From NCBI GenBank assembly GCA_001661245.1, contig KV454011.1:286108-350107 (forward strand): a stretch of 64,000 nt of DNA. The letters run 5' to 3'. Source of the DNA: Pachysolen tannophilus NRRL Y-2460 (lineage: Eukaryota). Position numbers and translations under genes: made by a program. The notes under the pieces are model-generated. The model was given only the letters and a program-made list of their open reading frames with translations, was not told where the DNA came from and searched no databases. Below, piece after piece: positions 35,703-47,787 of this stretch; position 1 is the stretch's first letter; the number at the start of each line of letters is the position of its first letter.

Positions 35703-36791
35703 CGGAGAATTCCATTAGGTGGCAAGGATGATAATAAGAAGACTCAAAACCAGAATCAGAATGTTGGAGCAAACAGCAATTTAAACAATATCAATGTTAA
35801 GAAACTGCAGAAAGTCTTGGTTAAGAAAGATTTGAAACCAACGCCTCCTCCGAAACAACGCCACGGCGGTGACGCATACATTGGCAATGGCAATGGCAAT
35901 GGTAATGGTAATAATAATAATAATAGTAATAGTAATAGTAATAGTAATATAAGTTCTTCTTCTAAGAGAAGGATAAAGCTTAGGTCACAGACCCCAGTTT
36001 TGAAAAAATCACAACCAGCAAAGGTGAATATCTTGAAAGATTATGCAGATGGTAAAGTAAGCAATAAATTGACTCAGCAGTTGAAGAGTTTATCCGATGA
36101 AACTACTGGGTTACATAAGATGTCTTTTGCTTCTTTGTCTCATGAAGAAGAAGAAGAAGAAAAAAAAAGAGAAGATGATGATGAGTTGGAAGTAGAGACC
36201 ATTCCAGCAAAAGAATGTCCTATGGATGAAAAACCTGATGATGATTATATTCCATTTGATGAAATAGATTTATTTGGAATTTATCAGAAGCCACATCATG
36301 TACCTGAAACAATAGAAAGCAACGATACAAATTTGCTTTTTAAATCTTTAGAAGTTGATTTACCCAATAATGAATATGAGTTGGATCTTGAACTGCCAAT
36401 TGGTCAGTATTACCATACTCCAATTCCAAATCCAACTGTGGGAAACACATCCACATCTGCGTCAACATCTACATCAACAGCATCAAAATCGGTTTTAAGA
36501 CATCTCAAAAAAATGGATATTAACGCTAAATCTCCATCTATAACGAAAAATACTATAAAGAAGCGGTTCATGCATGATACTACAACTTCAAGAAATAAAG
36601 TAAATATCAATAGATCATCTTCGGTTTCTCAAATAGATAAAATAGATAAAATAGATAAAATAGATAAGATCATCATTGACCATAAAGATCCAAGACCAAA
36701 ATCCTTACCCCCATTAGTTGACAAAAATTTAGAAAATTCATCGAATTATGGACAAGTTACCTCACATCAATTACGTCAAATGTTAGATTAA
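35547..36791 (+). CDS. PDS1: Securin (Pds1-like), largely disordered
   Basis: KEN box (MDKEN) followed by TP sites; D box RIPLGGKDDN (Sc Pds1 RLPLAAKDNN); separase-binding-like EVETIP...DDYIPFDE. Confidence 0.72.
35652..35702 (+). repeat. (AAT)17 coding microsatellite (poly-Asn)
   Basis: Perfect AAT run directly before the D box. Confidence 0.95.
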
Positions 36792-38111
36792 GATAGATAT
36801 ACAAACTAACATAGTAACAACATAGTAACATATAAATATATATATAATATAATGTTAGTTTAGTGCCGCACTTTTTTTATTTACTTTTATTTACTTCTAT
36901 ACTTGAGCCCTTCTGTAATCCGTAGACCCTAGTGCACCGGATGTTACCCTCCACAAACTGGACCAAATTAAGCGCTAATTTTTTTTTTTTTTTTTTTCTT
37001 TTTTCTTTTTTGGCACGCGCCAAACTACAGATCTGTCAGTAATAATGGGAATTTTTAGGAAAAAAAACAAAGATCTGCGGCAAGTGTGTGCGAGCAAGCG
37101 TGGGTGTAAGCAATGGGCGGCTTCTTCTTATGGCGGCTTTACTTTATAGGTAGGTAAAGTAAGTTGTCAGACAGTTAGTTAGCCAGTCGTGTAGAAACCT
37201 CAATCGCTTTTCCAATTCCGCGCGCGAAGGATGGAACTGGGAAATCGTGGACATGGGGTCAATACATTATCTGTTGTTCCACTTAAGATTTGGTTGCTAG
37301 TAGCACTACTTAACCTACTTTAGATATCATACTATTACATATTTAGAGAGCCGAATCTTTAATCAATCTTAAAATTTCGAAATTTTGAAACTTAACTGGA
37401 TAGGGAACGGCTGCTAAGTGGTGTGAGGTTAAAAGTAAGCCTAATCTCTATAATATAATAATATAAAAATTAATTTAAAAAATAAATAATAAAAAGAAGG
37501 ATAAGGTCAACAGATTTACTAGATTAGGTACGATTTTTTTTTTTTTACTGTTTTAATAAAAATTGATATGTAGTTTTTATTTTATTGCCTATGCTGATAC
37601 TGCTAATCAAATCAATTTCAACAACTGATTACTGCGTAAAGAAAAAAAAAATTTTGGCTTTTTTTTTTCTTATTGTTTTTTTAGGGCAATCGCCTAATTC
37701 TGCTTTAAACCGTTCGGTAGGTACCAGCTTCCGTTTTCGGGGTAGCGCAAAAAATGTATCTAAAATAATAAAATAGAGTGGTTAGTGAATAGAGGATATA
37801 GTGTGATGCCACTAGTCTTTTGTTTTTCTGTTTTTGTAGGAGAGCCGCCATCGTTGAAACCGGACTGGTATCCATGCAAAAAGAAAAAAAAAAAAAAAAA
37901 TATCAATCTTGGTGCGGTTGTGGTAAACTATATAGATTCATATATATATATATATATATATAATATATATAATTATATATGATTATTGTTTAGGCTAAGA
38001 TTTGCGAGCCTATAAAGCTTTTATTTGCTGACTAGGTTCTCTTAATTAGAGTTTTCTCTTGAAAATTTGTCTTTTAATGGCATCCGCCGTATAATTAAAG
38101 AAAACTCATAA

Positions 38112-38156
<45 letters not shown>

Positions 38157-38184
38157 AAATTATTTCATATATTATACATAATTA

Positions 38185-39228
38185 ATGTCATCAGCTACGG
38201 TTATAGCGACAGAACCAAACCCCCAACAACAAACACACGATCCTTCTCATCCACAGTCGCTGTATTCAAATAGGCAGGTACCATCATCATTGCAATTACA
38301 AGATATTGAAACTCGGGATGTTTCACAACTGATGGATTTCAATACAACTCAATATTATTTAAAATGCGCGGTCGGAGGGTCATTAGCAGGAGCTTTAACA
38401 AATACTTTAGTTTGTCCCTTAGATGTTGTAAAAGTACGTAAACAAGTTTACCCAAACATTTATAAAAATACTTTCCAGTCAATAGGTGTTGTATGGAAAA
38501 ATGAAGGTTTTAGAGGTTTATTTTCAAGTGCAACTTCTGTTATGCTAGGTTATGGAATTCAAGGTGGTGCTAAATATGGATTTTATGAATTCTTCAAGTT
38601 TCGTTATACAGATTTGTTAGGACCTGATCTGAGTGGGAAATATCAATCATTAATATATCTTTCAGCTGGAGCAAGTGCAGAATTAATAGCAGATGTTTTA
38701 TATTGCCCAGTTGAATCAGTAAAGATAAGAATGCAAACAACAATACCAACTTTTGCATCGGGTCCAATTGATGGATTGAGGAAAATAATCAAATCTGAAG
38801 GTTTTGGAGCCTTATATAAAGGTTTAATACCTTTATGGTCAAGACAATTACCTTTTACAATGACAAAATTTACACTTTTCGAAAATGTAGTTTCTGCAAT
38901 TTATAAAAAATTACCAAGGGAAAAAGAAGATTATAATCATTTACAACAAACAGGAATTTCATTTCTTGCTGGTTATATAGCTGGTATTGCTTGTGCTTTA
39001 GTTAGTCATCCACCTGATGTGATGTTTAGTAAAATGAATGCAATGAAAAAAGCTCCAGGTGACACTACAAATAAATTATTAACGAAAATATATAAAGAAA
39101 TTGGATTTAGAGGTTTATGGAATGGTTTACCAGTTCGTATATTCATGATTGGAACTTTGACTGGTTTACAATGGTTAGTTTATGACTCATTCAAAGTTAT
39201 GACAGGTTTACCAACAACTGGTAAATGA
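38185..39228 (+). CDS. PIC2: Mitochondrial phosphate/copper carrier (Pic2/SLC25A3-like)
   Basis: Carrier signatures PLDVVKVRKQ, PVESVKIRMQ, HPPDVM; GYGIQGGAKYGFYEFFK; RIFMIGTLTGLQWLVYDSFK. Confidence 0.82.
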   Translation: MSSATVIATEPNPQQQTHDPSHPQSLYSNRQVPSSLQLQDIETRDVSQLMDFNTTQYYLKCAVGGSLAGALTNTLVCPLDVVKVRKQVYPNIYKNTFQSIGVVWKNEGFRGLFSSATSVMLGYGIQGGAKYGFYEFFKFRYTDLLGPDLSGKYQSLIYLSAGASAELIADVLYCPVESVKIRMQTTIPTFASGPIDGLRKIIKSEGFGALYKGLIPLWSRQLPFTMTKFTLFENVVSAIYKKLPREKEDYNHLQQTGISFLAGYIAGIACALVSHPPDVMFSKMNAMKKAPGDTTNKLLTKIYKEIGFRGLWNGLPVRIFMIGTLTGLQWLVYDSFKVMTGLPTTGK

Positions 39229-39892
39229 GCCAAACAAATAAACAAACAAACAAACAAAAAAGAAAAGAAAAGAAATGTCTTCCTCTTCTACAACACATTT
39301 CAAATTACATACATACATACATAAAATTCATAAAAATGTTTTATTTCGTTTTTGGTTTCTCTTTGGTGCTTTTATAATTAATTTGTCCGTTCTTGCTTTT
39401 CCTTTTTTTCAGTGATTCTATAGATCGAAAATAAACTGCTGAATCATTCAGTGCTTTAACCCTTCAAAAAAAGAACTACCGAGATCTCATCGACGAGATC
39501 TCATTAGCCAGAGCTCGTCAGCTAGCTCTTATCGGCTAGCCCAGTTCAAAACAATAAACTCAAAGTTCTTATATTAGTGGAAAAATCAAAGGTCGTGTAC
39601 CATACTCAGGTTTTATCCGTTTACAGTAAGAGCATGAGACCCCATACTTTATAAAAGAAAAGAAAGAAAAAAAAAAAAAAATTTTACATTTTATATCAGA
39701 TCTCAGATAAATAGATTTTAACAAAGAACCTGGATTTTTAAGTCAACGGCGCCTAGTATAAAGATAGAGATAGGTGGATGGAAACTAGATCCAAATATAG
39801 AGAACATTTTTTTTTTCACAATTATGAAAGAAATAAGAATTGAAATCTCGTCAAATAAAGACTAAGAAAACAACAAGTTATACACACACATA

Positions 39893-39928
<36 letters not shown>

Positions 39929-39938
39929 CTCGCTGTGA

Positions 39939-42900
39939 ATGTCTGCTACTGAGGATCCTATCACAGGGCAGCAAAAGAGGAAAAAGACATTTAGTGGGTG
40001 CTGGACCTGCCGCTCGAGGAAAGTGAAATGTGATACTCGTAAGCCGAGCTGTCTTCGGTGCGAGAAATCGGGTTTTACTTGCGGCGGTTATGAAATAAAA
40101 TTACGGTGGTCGAACCCTGTTAAATTTGACAAGTATGGGAATCAACTTTCCACTCCTCATAGTGGAGATGAAAGTTTAGCTAATAATGATCAACATTTCC
40201 AAAGAAGAACTATTGATTTTGTTCGGTTCCCGCTGAATAGTTTGTATGAAACATATGAAGATATAGATCGCCATTTGGCTCATTTACATAATTCCAATTT
40301 AGAAAAAGATGAAATTAAGAAATTAGGACCATTTTCCGTTTTTCTGACCCATGAAGCTGATTTGTTAAGGAGAAATAAAATGCTAAAGAAAAGAAAGTTA
40401 AAGAGCGATAATAGTTTTAGCGATGAAACTAGGAGAGCAATTTCACAACCACTGCCTTCACCACCAACCACAGTAGCTGGGGATACTATTAGTAGGACTC
40501 AAAACTCAACACCTTCTCTGGAGAAGACGATAAAATCAACATTGCCATCTGCTCAAGTATCGATCAGTAATAGGAATTTAAATCCTTCAGATGCTGATTT
40601 GAATTTTTTCGGTGCTTTACCAAATTCTGCTCAAGGAAATGAATGGTTAAGTAATGAACTTATCAATGATGCTTTATTGACAGTTTCAGCGTTAAATGGT
40701 GACACTCATTTTTTGGATTTTTTCAATATAAATGATATGTCCAATGGAAATAATAATAATAACAACCGTAGTTTTTTTTCGTCAAATAACAGCGGTGGTG
40801 GTATGATTAATCAGAACAATGATTCACATCAATTGTATTATCCACAGCGTCAGCAACAACAAGATCAGCATCAGCAGAATCAACATCAACAACAGATATC
40901 TCAAAATTCAAATTCAAACCAAGTTCAAAATCAAAACCAGCAACAATTGGCAAACCAAGATGAAATGTTCAATTTATTGTTTCATAGAAAGGAACAGAAT
41001 TATCATTCAGATAAAAATTTCAAAGTTATTAGGGATAACGAAATCCAACCAACTACTGCAATATCTTTATCAACACCTCCAGATTCGGGAGGAACAGCTG
41101 TATCAGCGGTACTGGGAAATAAAACAGCTCAGTCTAAGAATAATAAAAATACAATGAATAGCATTATGTTACATGCACCTGATGGAACATCGAAAATGCC
41201 ATCTACTATTATGGAAATTATTGATACTACTCCGTTACCTGCATCACTTGCAATAGATAAATTTTGTATTCCAGCCACCGCATTACAAGTCAATCCTATG
41301 ACAAGATATTTATTGAATTATTATATTGAAGAAGTTGCAGATATGATGACTGTGATTCCACTTCCTAAAAACCCTTGGAAGTTTATTTACTTTCCAAGAG
41401 CATTGATGGCAGTTGGAGAATTGGGTTCAATTGGAAAGACATCTCACGCTAAAAACTGTTTATTAAATGCATTATTAGCTGTCAGTGCTTTTAATTTACA
41501 AAGTAAATTCACTAGAAACAGTGATGAAATGAAAGTATATCTTAACTTGGGTATTCAGTTGAGACAACAGGCAACTATTTTTTTGAAGCATTGTCTCCTA
41601 GAAGATGTTTTAAACCAGAAGTATAAAGATGTACTAGTTGCTGTCTTATCAATGGTCACTATAGATATTGTTTGGGGAACAATGTCAGATTGTAAATTGC
41701 ATTTAGATATTTGCGAGAAATTGATTGCGAAGAAGATGAAAATTAAAAAGAAATTATCTTCAAAAGCTAAAATTTTACATCGTATTTTTAGTAATTTGAA
41801 ATTGATTCAGGATTCTACAAGTTTGGATAAAATTGGTAAGGATGAAATTTTTTTGAACGATTCTAATTACAAATATTTTATAATGGATCATGGTTTAAGT
41901 AATGATAATGTTGGTAGTAATTCCGACAACAAAAATCAGCAAATGTTTTCTAATCATAACACTAGCAATAATCTTAACGATAGCAATTACAATTATATCA
42001 CTTCAGGTGTTAATAATAAAAATAATAGTAACAATGGAAGTCCTTCAACATCTCATAAAAGAGGTGTATTTCATGAGAAAATGAATGATCAAGGAAGGAT
42101 TAGAATAGAATATATCGTTAACAATGAAAATGAAGGTGATTTGAATGGGAATAACATAAATAAAAAGGTAGAAGACTCTAGTGGAATAGATGGAGATCAT
42201 CTGCCCAAGATTTCTTCTGATATTCCTGATTTTATAGATATTACCAGATCAAGTTTTATGCCAGATAAGTTAAAGGATAATATGATCTCAAGTGATGCAA
42301 TTTATGGATTACCAAACTCATTAATTTTATTATTTTCAGAAATCGTTCACTTGGTAAGATTTAAAAGATATCATGATGACGAAAATTTGAAAATCCCCGA
42401 GTTTTTTTATAAATTGGCGAAAGAATTAGAGTTTAAATTGTCTAATTGGAAACTAGAGTGGAAACTATATGATACAAATAATGAAACTTCCAATACTACT
42501 GTTTCTGAAGATCCTCAGAACTTAGAAAATAAAAAGTTTTTATCCAAGAGACACGAAGGAATTTATCACCATGTGCTCTCTTTTTACCATGGACTTATTA
42601 TATATTTTCATCGTATGGTGAATAATGTAAATCCAATGTATTTACAGGAGCACGTCGAGAAGGTCTTGATACACTTGAACCTTATTCAGGCAATAGTTGA
42701 AAATAAACCAGCAAACGATAAAAATTTATTGATAATTCCGTTGTTTTGGCAAGGTTTTATAGCTGGAAGTGAACTGATGACTGTCTTCTTACAAAATGGG
42801 TTTAAAAATTGGGGTACACAAATTAGTAAAACGGGTATTGGTAGTTACTGGGTTGCGAGACAAATTATGTTGGAAGTTTGGAGAAGGAAAAATTTTAATG

Positions 42901-42962
42901 AAAAAAGGAATTCTTGGTGTAACGTTATTAAAGATTGGGAAATGAACGTAATGTTGGGTTAA
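39939..42962 (+). CDS. ARG81: Zn(II)2Cys6 transcription factor Arg81/ArgRII
   Basis: Motifs KTFSGCWTCRSRKVKCD...CGGYEIKLRWS, FQRRTIDFV, VADMMTVIP..NPWK, NALLAVSAFNLQSK. Confidence 0.9.
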   Translation: MSATEDPITGQQKRKKTFSGCWTCRSRKVKCDTRKPSCLRCEKSGFTCGGYEIKLRWSNPVKFDKYGNQLSTPHSGDESLANNDQHFQRRTIDFVRFPLNSLYETYEDIDRHLAHLHNSNLEKDEIKKLGPFSVFLTHEADLLRRNKMLKKRKLKSDNSFSDETRRAISQPLPSPPTTVAGDTISRTQNSTPSLEKTIKSTLPSAQVSISNRNLNPSDADLNFFGALPNSAQGNEWLSNELINDALLTVSALNGDTHFLDFFNINDMSNGNNNNNNRSFFSSNNSGGGMINQNNDSHQLYYPQRQQQQDQHQQNQHQQQISQNSNSNQVQNQNQQQLANQDEMFNLLFHRKEQNYHSDKNFKVIRDNEIQPTTAISLSTPPDSGGTAVSAVLGNKTAQSKNNKNTMNSIMLHAPDGTSKMPSTIMEIIDTTPLPASLAIDKFCIPATALQVNPMTRYLLNYYIEEVADMMTVIPLPKNPWKFIYFPRALMAVGELGSIGKTSHAKNCLLNALLAVSAFNLQSKFTRNSDEMKVYLNLGIQLRQQATIFLKHCLLEDVLNQKYKDVLVAVLSMVTIDIVWGTMSDCKLHLDICEKLIAKKMKIKKKLSSKAKILHRIFSNLKLIQDSTSLDKIGKDEIFLNDSNYKYFIMDHGLSNDNVGSNSDNKNQQMFSNHNTSNNLNDSNYNYITSGVNNKNNSNNGSPSTSHKRGVFHEKMNDQGRIRIEYIVNNENEGDLNGNNINKKVEDSSGIDGDHLPKISSDIPDFIDITRSSFMPDKLKDNMISSDAIYGLPNSLILLFSEIVHLVRFKRYHDDENLKIPEFFYKLAKELEFKLSNWKLEWKLYDTNNETSNTTVSEDPQNLENKKFLSKRHEGIYHHVLSFYHGLIIYFHRMVNNVNPMYLQEHVEKVLIHLNLIQAIVENKPANDKNLLIIPLFWQGFIAGSELMTVFLQNGFKNWGTQISKTGIGSYWVARQIMLEVWRRKNFNEKRNSWCNVIKDWEMNVMLG

Positions 42963-43135
42963 CTTTTTACGATTGGTTTTCTTTTATTATAATTAATTTT
43001 GATTTTATAGATTCATTTAACGTTTTGTATTTGTAATATATATATATATCTATATACTGTAATTAATATTTTTTTTTAATTTGCAATTTTCATTTAAGAA
43101 AACCACAAAAAACTGTTCAATACAACGAGAAAGTA

Positions 43136-44545
43136 TCAATTCGTACCAACCAGTTGATACGATGCTTCACAGGTTTGATCTTTTTTAAAATAACGAAAAA
43201 CCGACCAACAAAAAGTATTCACTGTGAATATTACAAAACACACAAAAGGGAAAAAACGTAACCCTTCACCATTCTTGCTTATAAAACCAATCAAATATGG
43301 CAAAACTGCAGCACCACTGCCTCCCACTGCTACAAGTAATCCTACTCCTGAAATTTGCATATTTTCTGGAAGGTAACTTAATGCAATAATAACTGTTGTT
43401 GGAAACATTGGGCCAATAGAGAAACCAACTAAGAGAACTGAAATAATTTGTAAGACAACTGATACCTTATCAAAGAGAGTGAAACCTAGAGTTGAAAGCG
43501 AAATGATAAAACACAAAATCAATAAAAACCTCATTTCATTATTTTCATGCCATCTACCCATGACTAGACCGGAAATAATTCTACCTAGTGTCATACAAAG
43601 CCAATACAGACTCGTGATATATGAACTTATAGAAGGTGTTTGATGCTTTATTGTTATGAAATAATTATAAATCCACGATCCAAAGGCCAATTCACCTCCA
43701 ACATGAATAAACAAGACAAACGAAAAAAACCAAACCAATTTATTTGTAAAAACACTCAGCAAACTGGGGTTTGCATTCAAAGATGGATTTTGAATCTCTG
43801 CTTGTTTCAATTGATATAAATATTTCCATTTTGACTCTTTACTAAAGAAACAGAAAATCAAGATACATGTAAGACCTGACATTCCGAATAAGAACAGATA
43901 ATAATTGTTCCATGAAATTTGCATTTCAAGCAAATAAATGATTAAAATTGGTGAAATCATACAACCCAAACCATAATTGGAATGTGTAATCCCCATAATT
44001 TGATTATGATAGCTTAAGTTACCGATCCAAACATTGGTACATGCATCAATAGAACCTAGACCCAACCCATTTAACATATAAACCATAACCATTACCCAGA
44101 ACGGTGGTTCAAAAAAGCAAACAAAGTAGCATAAGAAACAGTTCAACTCTGCCAAGAGTAATGTTCCATAAAACCCACTAACCCTATGAGAGTACTCATT
44201 GCACACAGAAGCTATGGTATATCCAACAAATTGACTAGCAAATAGATAGGACGCAATAGAGTTATTAATTTCATAGTGCTTTGTTATAGAAGGAATAATC
44301 GTCCCTACCGTGGCATCCGATAACCCAAATACTAAATAAACCAAATTTATAATTATCACTTGTATTTTAACTTCCCTTGAATCTCTAAAATCCCCAGAAT
44401 TCAATATTACTTCATGGCCCTCATACAAAATCTTACATGGATACCCTATTGGAACTTGGTCTTCCTCCAGTACCTCTTCATCATTTTGCTCCTCATCAGG
44501 CTTATCAATGGTTTCCAAGGGAATAAACTCCCCGTTCGTTGTCAT
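43136..44545 (-). CDS. MFS transporter, Bsc6/FucP-like
   Basis: About 12 TM segments; FGLSDATVGTIIP, MGITHSNYGLGCMISP, HVGGELAFGSW, GPMFPT. Confidence 0.8.
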   Translation of the reverse strand: MTTNGEFIPLETIDKPDEEQNDEEVLEEDQVPIGYPCKILYEGHEVILNSGDFRDSREVKIQVIIINLVYLVFGLSDATVGTIIPSITKHYEINNSIASYLFASQFVGYTIASVCNEYSHRVSGFYGTLLLAELNCFLCYFVCFFEPPFWVMVMVYMLNGLGLGSIDACTNVWIGNLSYHNQIMGITHSNYGLGCMISPILIIYLLEMQISWNNYYLFLFGMSGLTCILIFCFFSKESKWKYLYQLKQAEIQNPSLNANPSLLSVFTNKLVWFFSFVLFIHVGGELAFGSWIYNYFITIKHQTPSISSYITSLYWLCMTLGRIISGLVMGRWHENNEMRFLLILCFIISLSTLGFTLFDKVSVVLQIISVLLVGFSIGPMFPTTVIIALSYLPENMQISGVGLLVAVGGSGAAVLPYLIGFISKNGEGLRFFPFVCFVIFTVNTFCWSVFRYFKKDQTCEASYQLVGTN

Positions 44546-44715
44546 CTTGATAACAATTTGTATTTTGATTTAATTTGGGCCTAATTTTAAGTATTTTTTT
44601 GTAGTTATTTTTTTTTTTTTTCAAGCATTTTACTTATTATTTAATTTTTATAAATGATAATATATTGAACACTTAAATTTGATATTTAATTTGTTTATGA
44701 AATAACCGTTATCTG

Positions 44716-47274
44716 ATGTTTAAAGTATTCAAGACTTCAGGCATTGAATCCAATTATTCGATATCTTCGAATCCGATTTTTAATTGTGATCCTTGGTCGG
44801 TTTATCCTGCGAAGCATAAAGTGACAAAGAAACAATGTTCGATATTTAAATTTGATAAGAAGAAGTTTGAGACGCTGCTTACAAGGCAAGGTCTAGTGAC
44901 TAAATCTAACAAGTCATTTATCTTTGAAGATTGCTATAAGATATTGAGGGCATATGTTTCGAATTTAATTAAATTTAAGCATCCTTCAATTTTACAAGTA
45001 TTGGAGCCCTTAGAAGATCATAAATCGAGAGCAATGTTTGTAACTGAATATGTTTTCAATAATTTGAGTACGATTGGTAAGCAAGAATTGGATGAGATTA
45101 TAATAACAAAAGGTTTATTACAGATTGCCAATGGTGTTAAGTTTTTACAAGAAAGTACTCACTCGGTTCATTTGAATATTCAGCCAAGTACCATTTTCAT
45201 AAATGAGAACTTTGATTGGAAATTATCGGGATTTAATTTTATGAGACAAGTTGATGAAGTTAATAATTCTGAATTTTTTTTAGATACATTTGATCCAAGA
45301 ATGCCAGAATTCTTGAGTCTTGATTATAGATTTTCCTCGCCGGATTTGATTTTAAATCATAGATTAGATTATTATGATGATTTATTTTCCATTGGATGTT
45401 TGATATACTATTTGTTTAACTCAAAATCTGAATACGGTTCTCTGAATTATTTACTTAATTGTGAGTCGAATAATTTATCCGAGTATGGTAGAGATGCTAA
45501 AAAATTGGATCGTATTTTAGAATTGGCAAATAATGCTCCTGCTTTCAAGAATATCCCTGAAAACTATTTAAGTCCGTTGTTATCTTTGTTAAACTATAAA
45601 CATAAGCCTTGGGATATAAATCAGTTTATTTCAAGTAGAATCTTTAATAATGATTTGATTAGGATTTTGAATTTATTTGATGAATTACCAACAATGGAAT
45701 TACAAGAAAAGATTAATTTCTTGAGTAAATTGAAAAATTATTTATTGAAATTCCCTAAAAATTTATTGGTAAATAAATTTTTGTCTGTATTAGCGGATAT
45801 ACTAGTCAGCTATACAAAAGATAAAAAAATTGATTCAGAAGAAGAATTGTTGATATCATTAACATTGGAAAACATGTTAATTATAAGTAAGACTTTATCA
45901 CAATTAACTTTTTTAGAAAAAGTTTTCAAAAATTTGAATTATATTGTTGCTTCAAACAATTTGATAAGTTGTAAACTTATTATAATGAACAACTTAAAAT
46001 CAATTCAATCAAGTTTAAAAATCAAGGATACTGATTCATTAATTGAAAATAAACATGCTGAAAGTTTTTCAAAATTTTTGTTGACTTTATTTGAAAAATC
46101 GTTTAAAGATAATGCAAATGATCAACAATCTTTAATGTTACAAGAGAAAATTTTATTGAATTTAGAAGTTGTAGTAACATTTCAAACTTATTCCACAATA
46201 AGCAGCGTCATTTTCCCTAAAATTTGTGATATTTTTTCAAAGACTACTTCCTTAAGAATTAAAAATTTAACAATCCAATCATTTTTCCTTCTTCTAACAA
46301 ATAAAAATGAATCTTTGGATAATTTTATAATAGTGGAAAAATTGTTACCGATAATAGGTAAGACTTCCTCAAAGAATTTTAAAAATTCGGAATTTTTAAC
46401 AAATTTGGTAAAATTATATGAAGCGATTTTTGATAAGATGTCATTATCGCTGTTCCAGGTCGTTTCAAAAGATTCCACTAATCTTGATATAATAACTGAA
46501 CAAATTTTTTTCCATTTATGGAGAATGTTGAAGTTTATTAATAACACCAAAAATTTCAATTTTTTGGTTACCATTTTAAATAAAATTGAAAAATTCTTGA
46601 TAGAGAAGAGCGGAGAAGCAGTAAGCAAAGTTGAAAAAGCAGATGTTAATAACAATTTATCAGTGATTCCAAGCATTACTTCTAGTTGGAACCCAACTCT
46701 GGAACACAATGATGATGAAGATTTTGGTGATTTTGATAATGTCATTGGTTCAACGCAAATAAACAATAATTCTTTCTCGTCACCACCTTTAAGATCTTCA
46801 AATTTATCACCAGCTAATTTTCAACAAAAATCATCTACTCATAAAATAGAACCTCTTTCACTACAATCGAGCCTGTCAGGTTTATCATTTGGTTCCACAA
46901 ATACTCATAATACAACAAATTTGGTTAGCAATTTATCGTTGAATAACAATAATAGTGTGCTAAGACCTACTGCAAGAAATGAATTTGCAACAAACACAAC
47001 AAACACAACAAACATGGGAAACAATTTTAGCAATAACGGCATTGATTGGTCAGTTGAAACAAATAAAAAACAATCCATGAATCACCTACTTAATCAAAAA
47101 GCTCAATCTTCGGTAATGACCCCACTCTCTACTCCATCCAATTTTCCTCCCGGATTTTCTGCCAGCATTATTCAACCAGTGCTGAAACCAAGAGTCAATA
47201 ATAATTTTCAAAATAATATCAATAACAATAAAAACAATAAAAATGCATTCGATTTTGGTGATAGTTTGATATAA
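44716..47274 (+). CDS. SCY1: SCY1-like pseudokinase with HEAT repeats
   Basis: Motifs FKHPSILQVLEPLEDHK, VHLNIQPSTIFINENFDWKLSGF; helical middle region; Asn/Ser-rich tail. Confidence 0.9.
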   Translation: MFKVFKTSGIESNYSISSNPIFNCDPWSVYPAKHKVTKKQCSIFKFDKKKFETLLTRQGLVTKSNKSFIFEDCYKILRAYVSNLIKFKHPSILQVLEPLEDHKSRAMFVTEYVFNNLSTIGKQELDEIIITKGLLQIANGVKFLQESTHSVHLNIQPSTIFINENFDWKLSGFNFMRQVDEVNNSEFFLDTFDPRMPEFLSLDYRFSSPDLILNHRLDYYDDLFSIGCLIYYLFNSKSEYGSLNYLLNCESNNLSEYGRDAKKLDRILELANNAPAFKNIPENYLSPLLSLLNYKHKPWDINQFISSRIFNNDLIRILNLFDELPTMELQEKINFLSKLKNYLLKFPKNLLVNKFLSVLADILVSYTKDKKIDSEEELLISLTLENMLIISKTLSQLTFLEKVFKNLNYIVASNNLISCKLIIMNNLKSIQSSLKIKDTDSLIENKHAESFSKFLLTLFEKSFKDNANDQQSLMLQEKILLNLEVVVTFQTYSTISSVIFPKICDIFSKTTSLRIKNLTIQSFFLLLTNKNESLDNFIIVEKLLPIIGKTSSKNFKNSEFLTNLVKLYEAIFDKMSLSLFQVVSKDSTNLDIITEQIFFHLWRMLKFINNTKNFNFLVTILNKIEKFLIEKSGEAVSKVEKADVNNNLSVIPSITSSWNPTLEHNDDEDFGDFDNVIGSTQINNNSFSSPPLRSSNLSPANFQQKSSTHKIEPLSLQSSLSGLSFGSTNTHNTTNLVSNLSLNNNNSVLRPTARNEFATNTTNTTNMGNNFSNNGIDWSVETNKKQSMNHLLNQKAQSSVMTPLSTPSNFPPGFSASIIQPVLKPRVNNNFQNNINNNKNNKNAFDFGDSLI

Positions 47275-47787
47275 AGAAAAGAATGATCTTTTTTAATTTT
47301 TTTTTTTTTTTTGTTTTTTTTATTACTTTCTTCTTCTTTTTTGAGTATATGATCATCAACTGTTTATTGGAAACAAAATTCGTCCAGCTATTAGAACACT
47401 TACATTATTACATTTTACTTTCACATCTTTTCAGTTTCCTGTAGACATCTAAATTTTTTAAATAGGAACTAACTTTTGGATTGAAGGGTAGGTCTTCAAA
47501 ACAAGGAAAATTAGGCAAGATCTAGAGGTGAATCTCGGGTTTAAATTACTTTCAAGGCTCTCAATTCAAGCTGATTATCTTAAAAATCGTTCTCTTCAGG
47601 CCTGAATCATTAAACTTGTAAATGATAAAATGAAGAACTTCCTTGTAATAAATATGGCGTACATTCTCTTACTGTTATTATGACCGAAAAAGTGAAAAAC
47701 TTGAAAACCGAGCGATAACATATTTTCAACCACTTTTAATTAATGTGAAAGAAAGCTGATGTTAAGATAGATATATAGATGAAATAG

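Noticed and set aside
47340..47640. Possible box C/D snoRNA between SCY1 and the Gep5-like gene
   Set aside because: Only imperfect box-like words (ATGATCA, CTGA) and no recognisable rRNA guide sequence.
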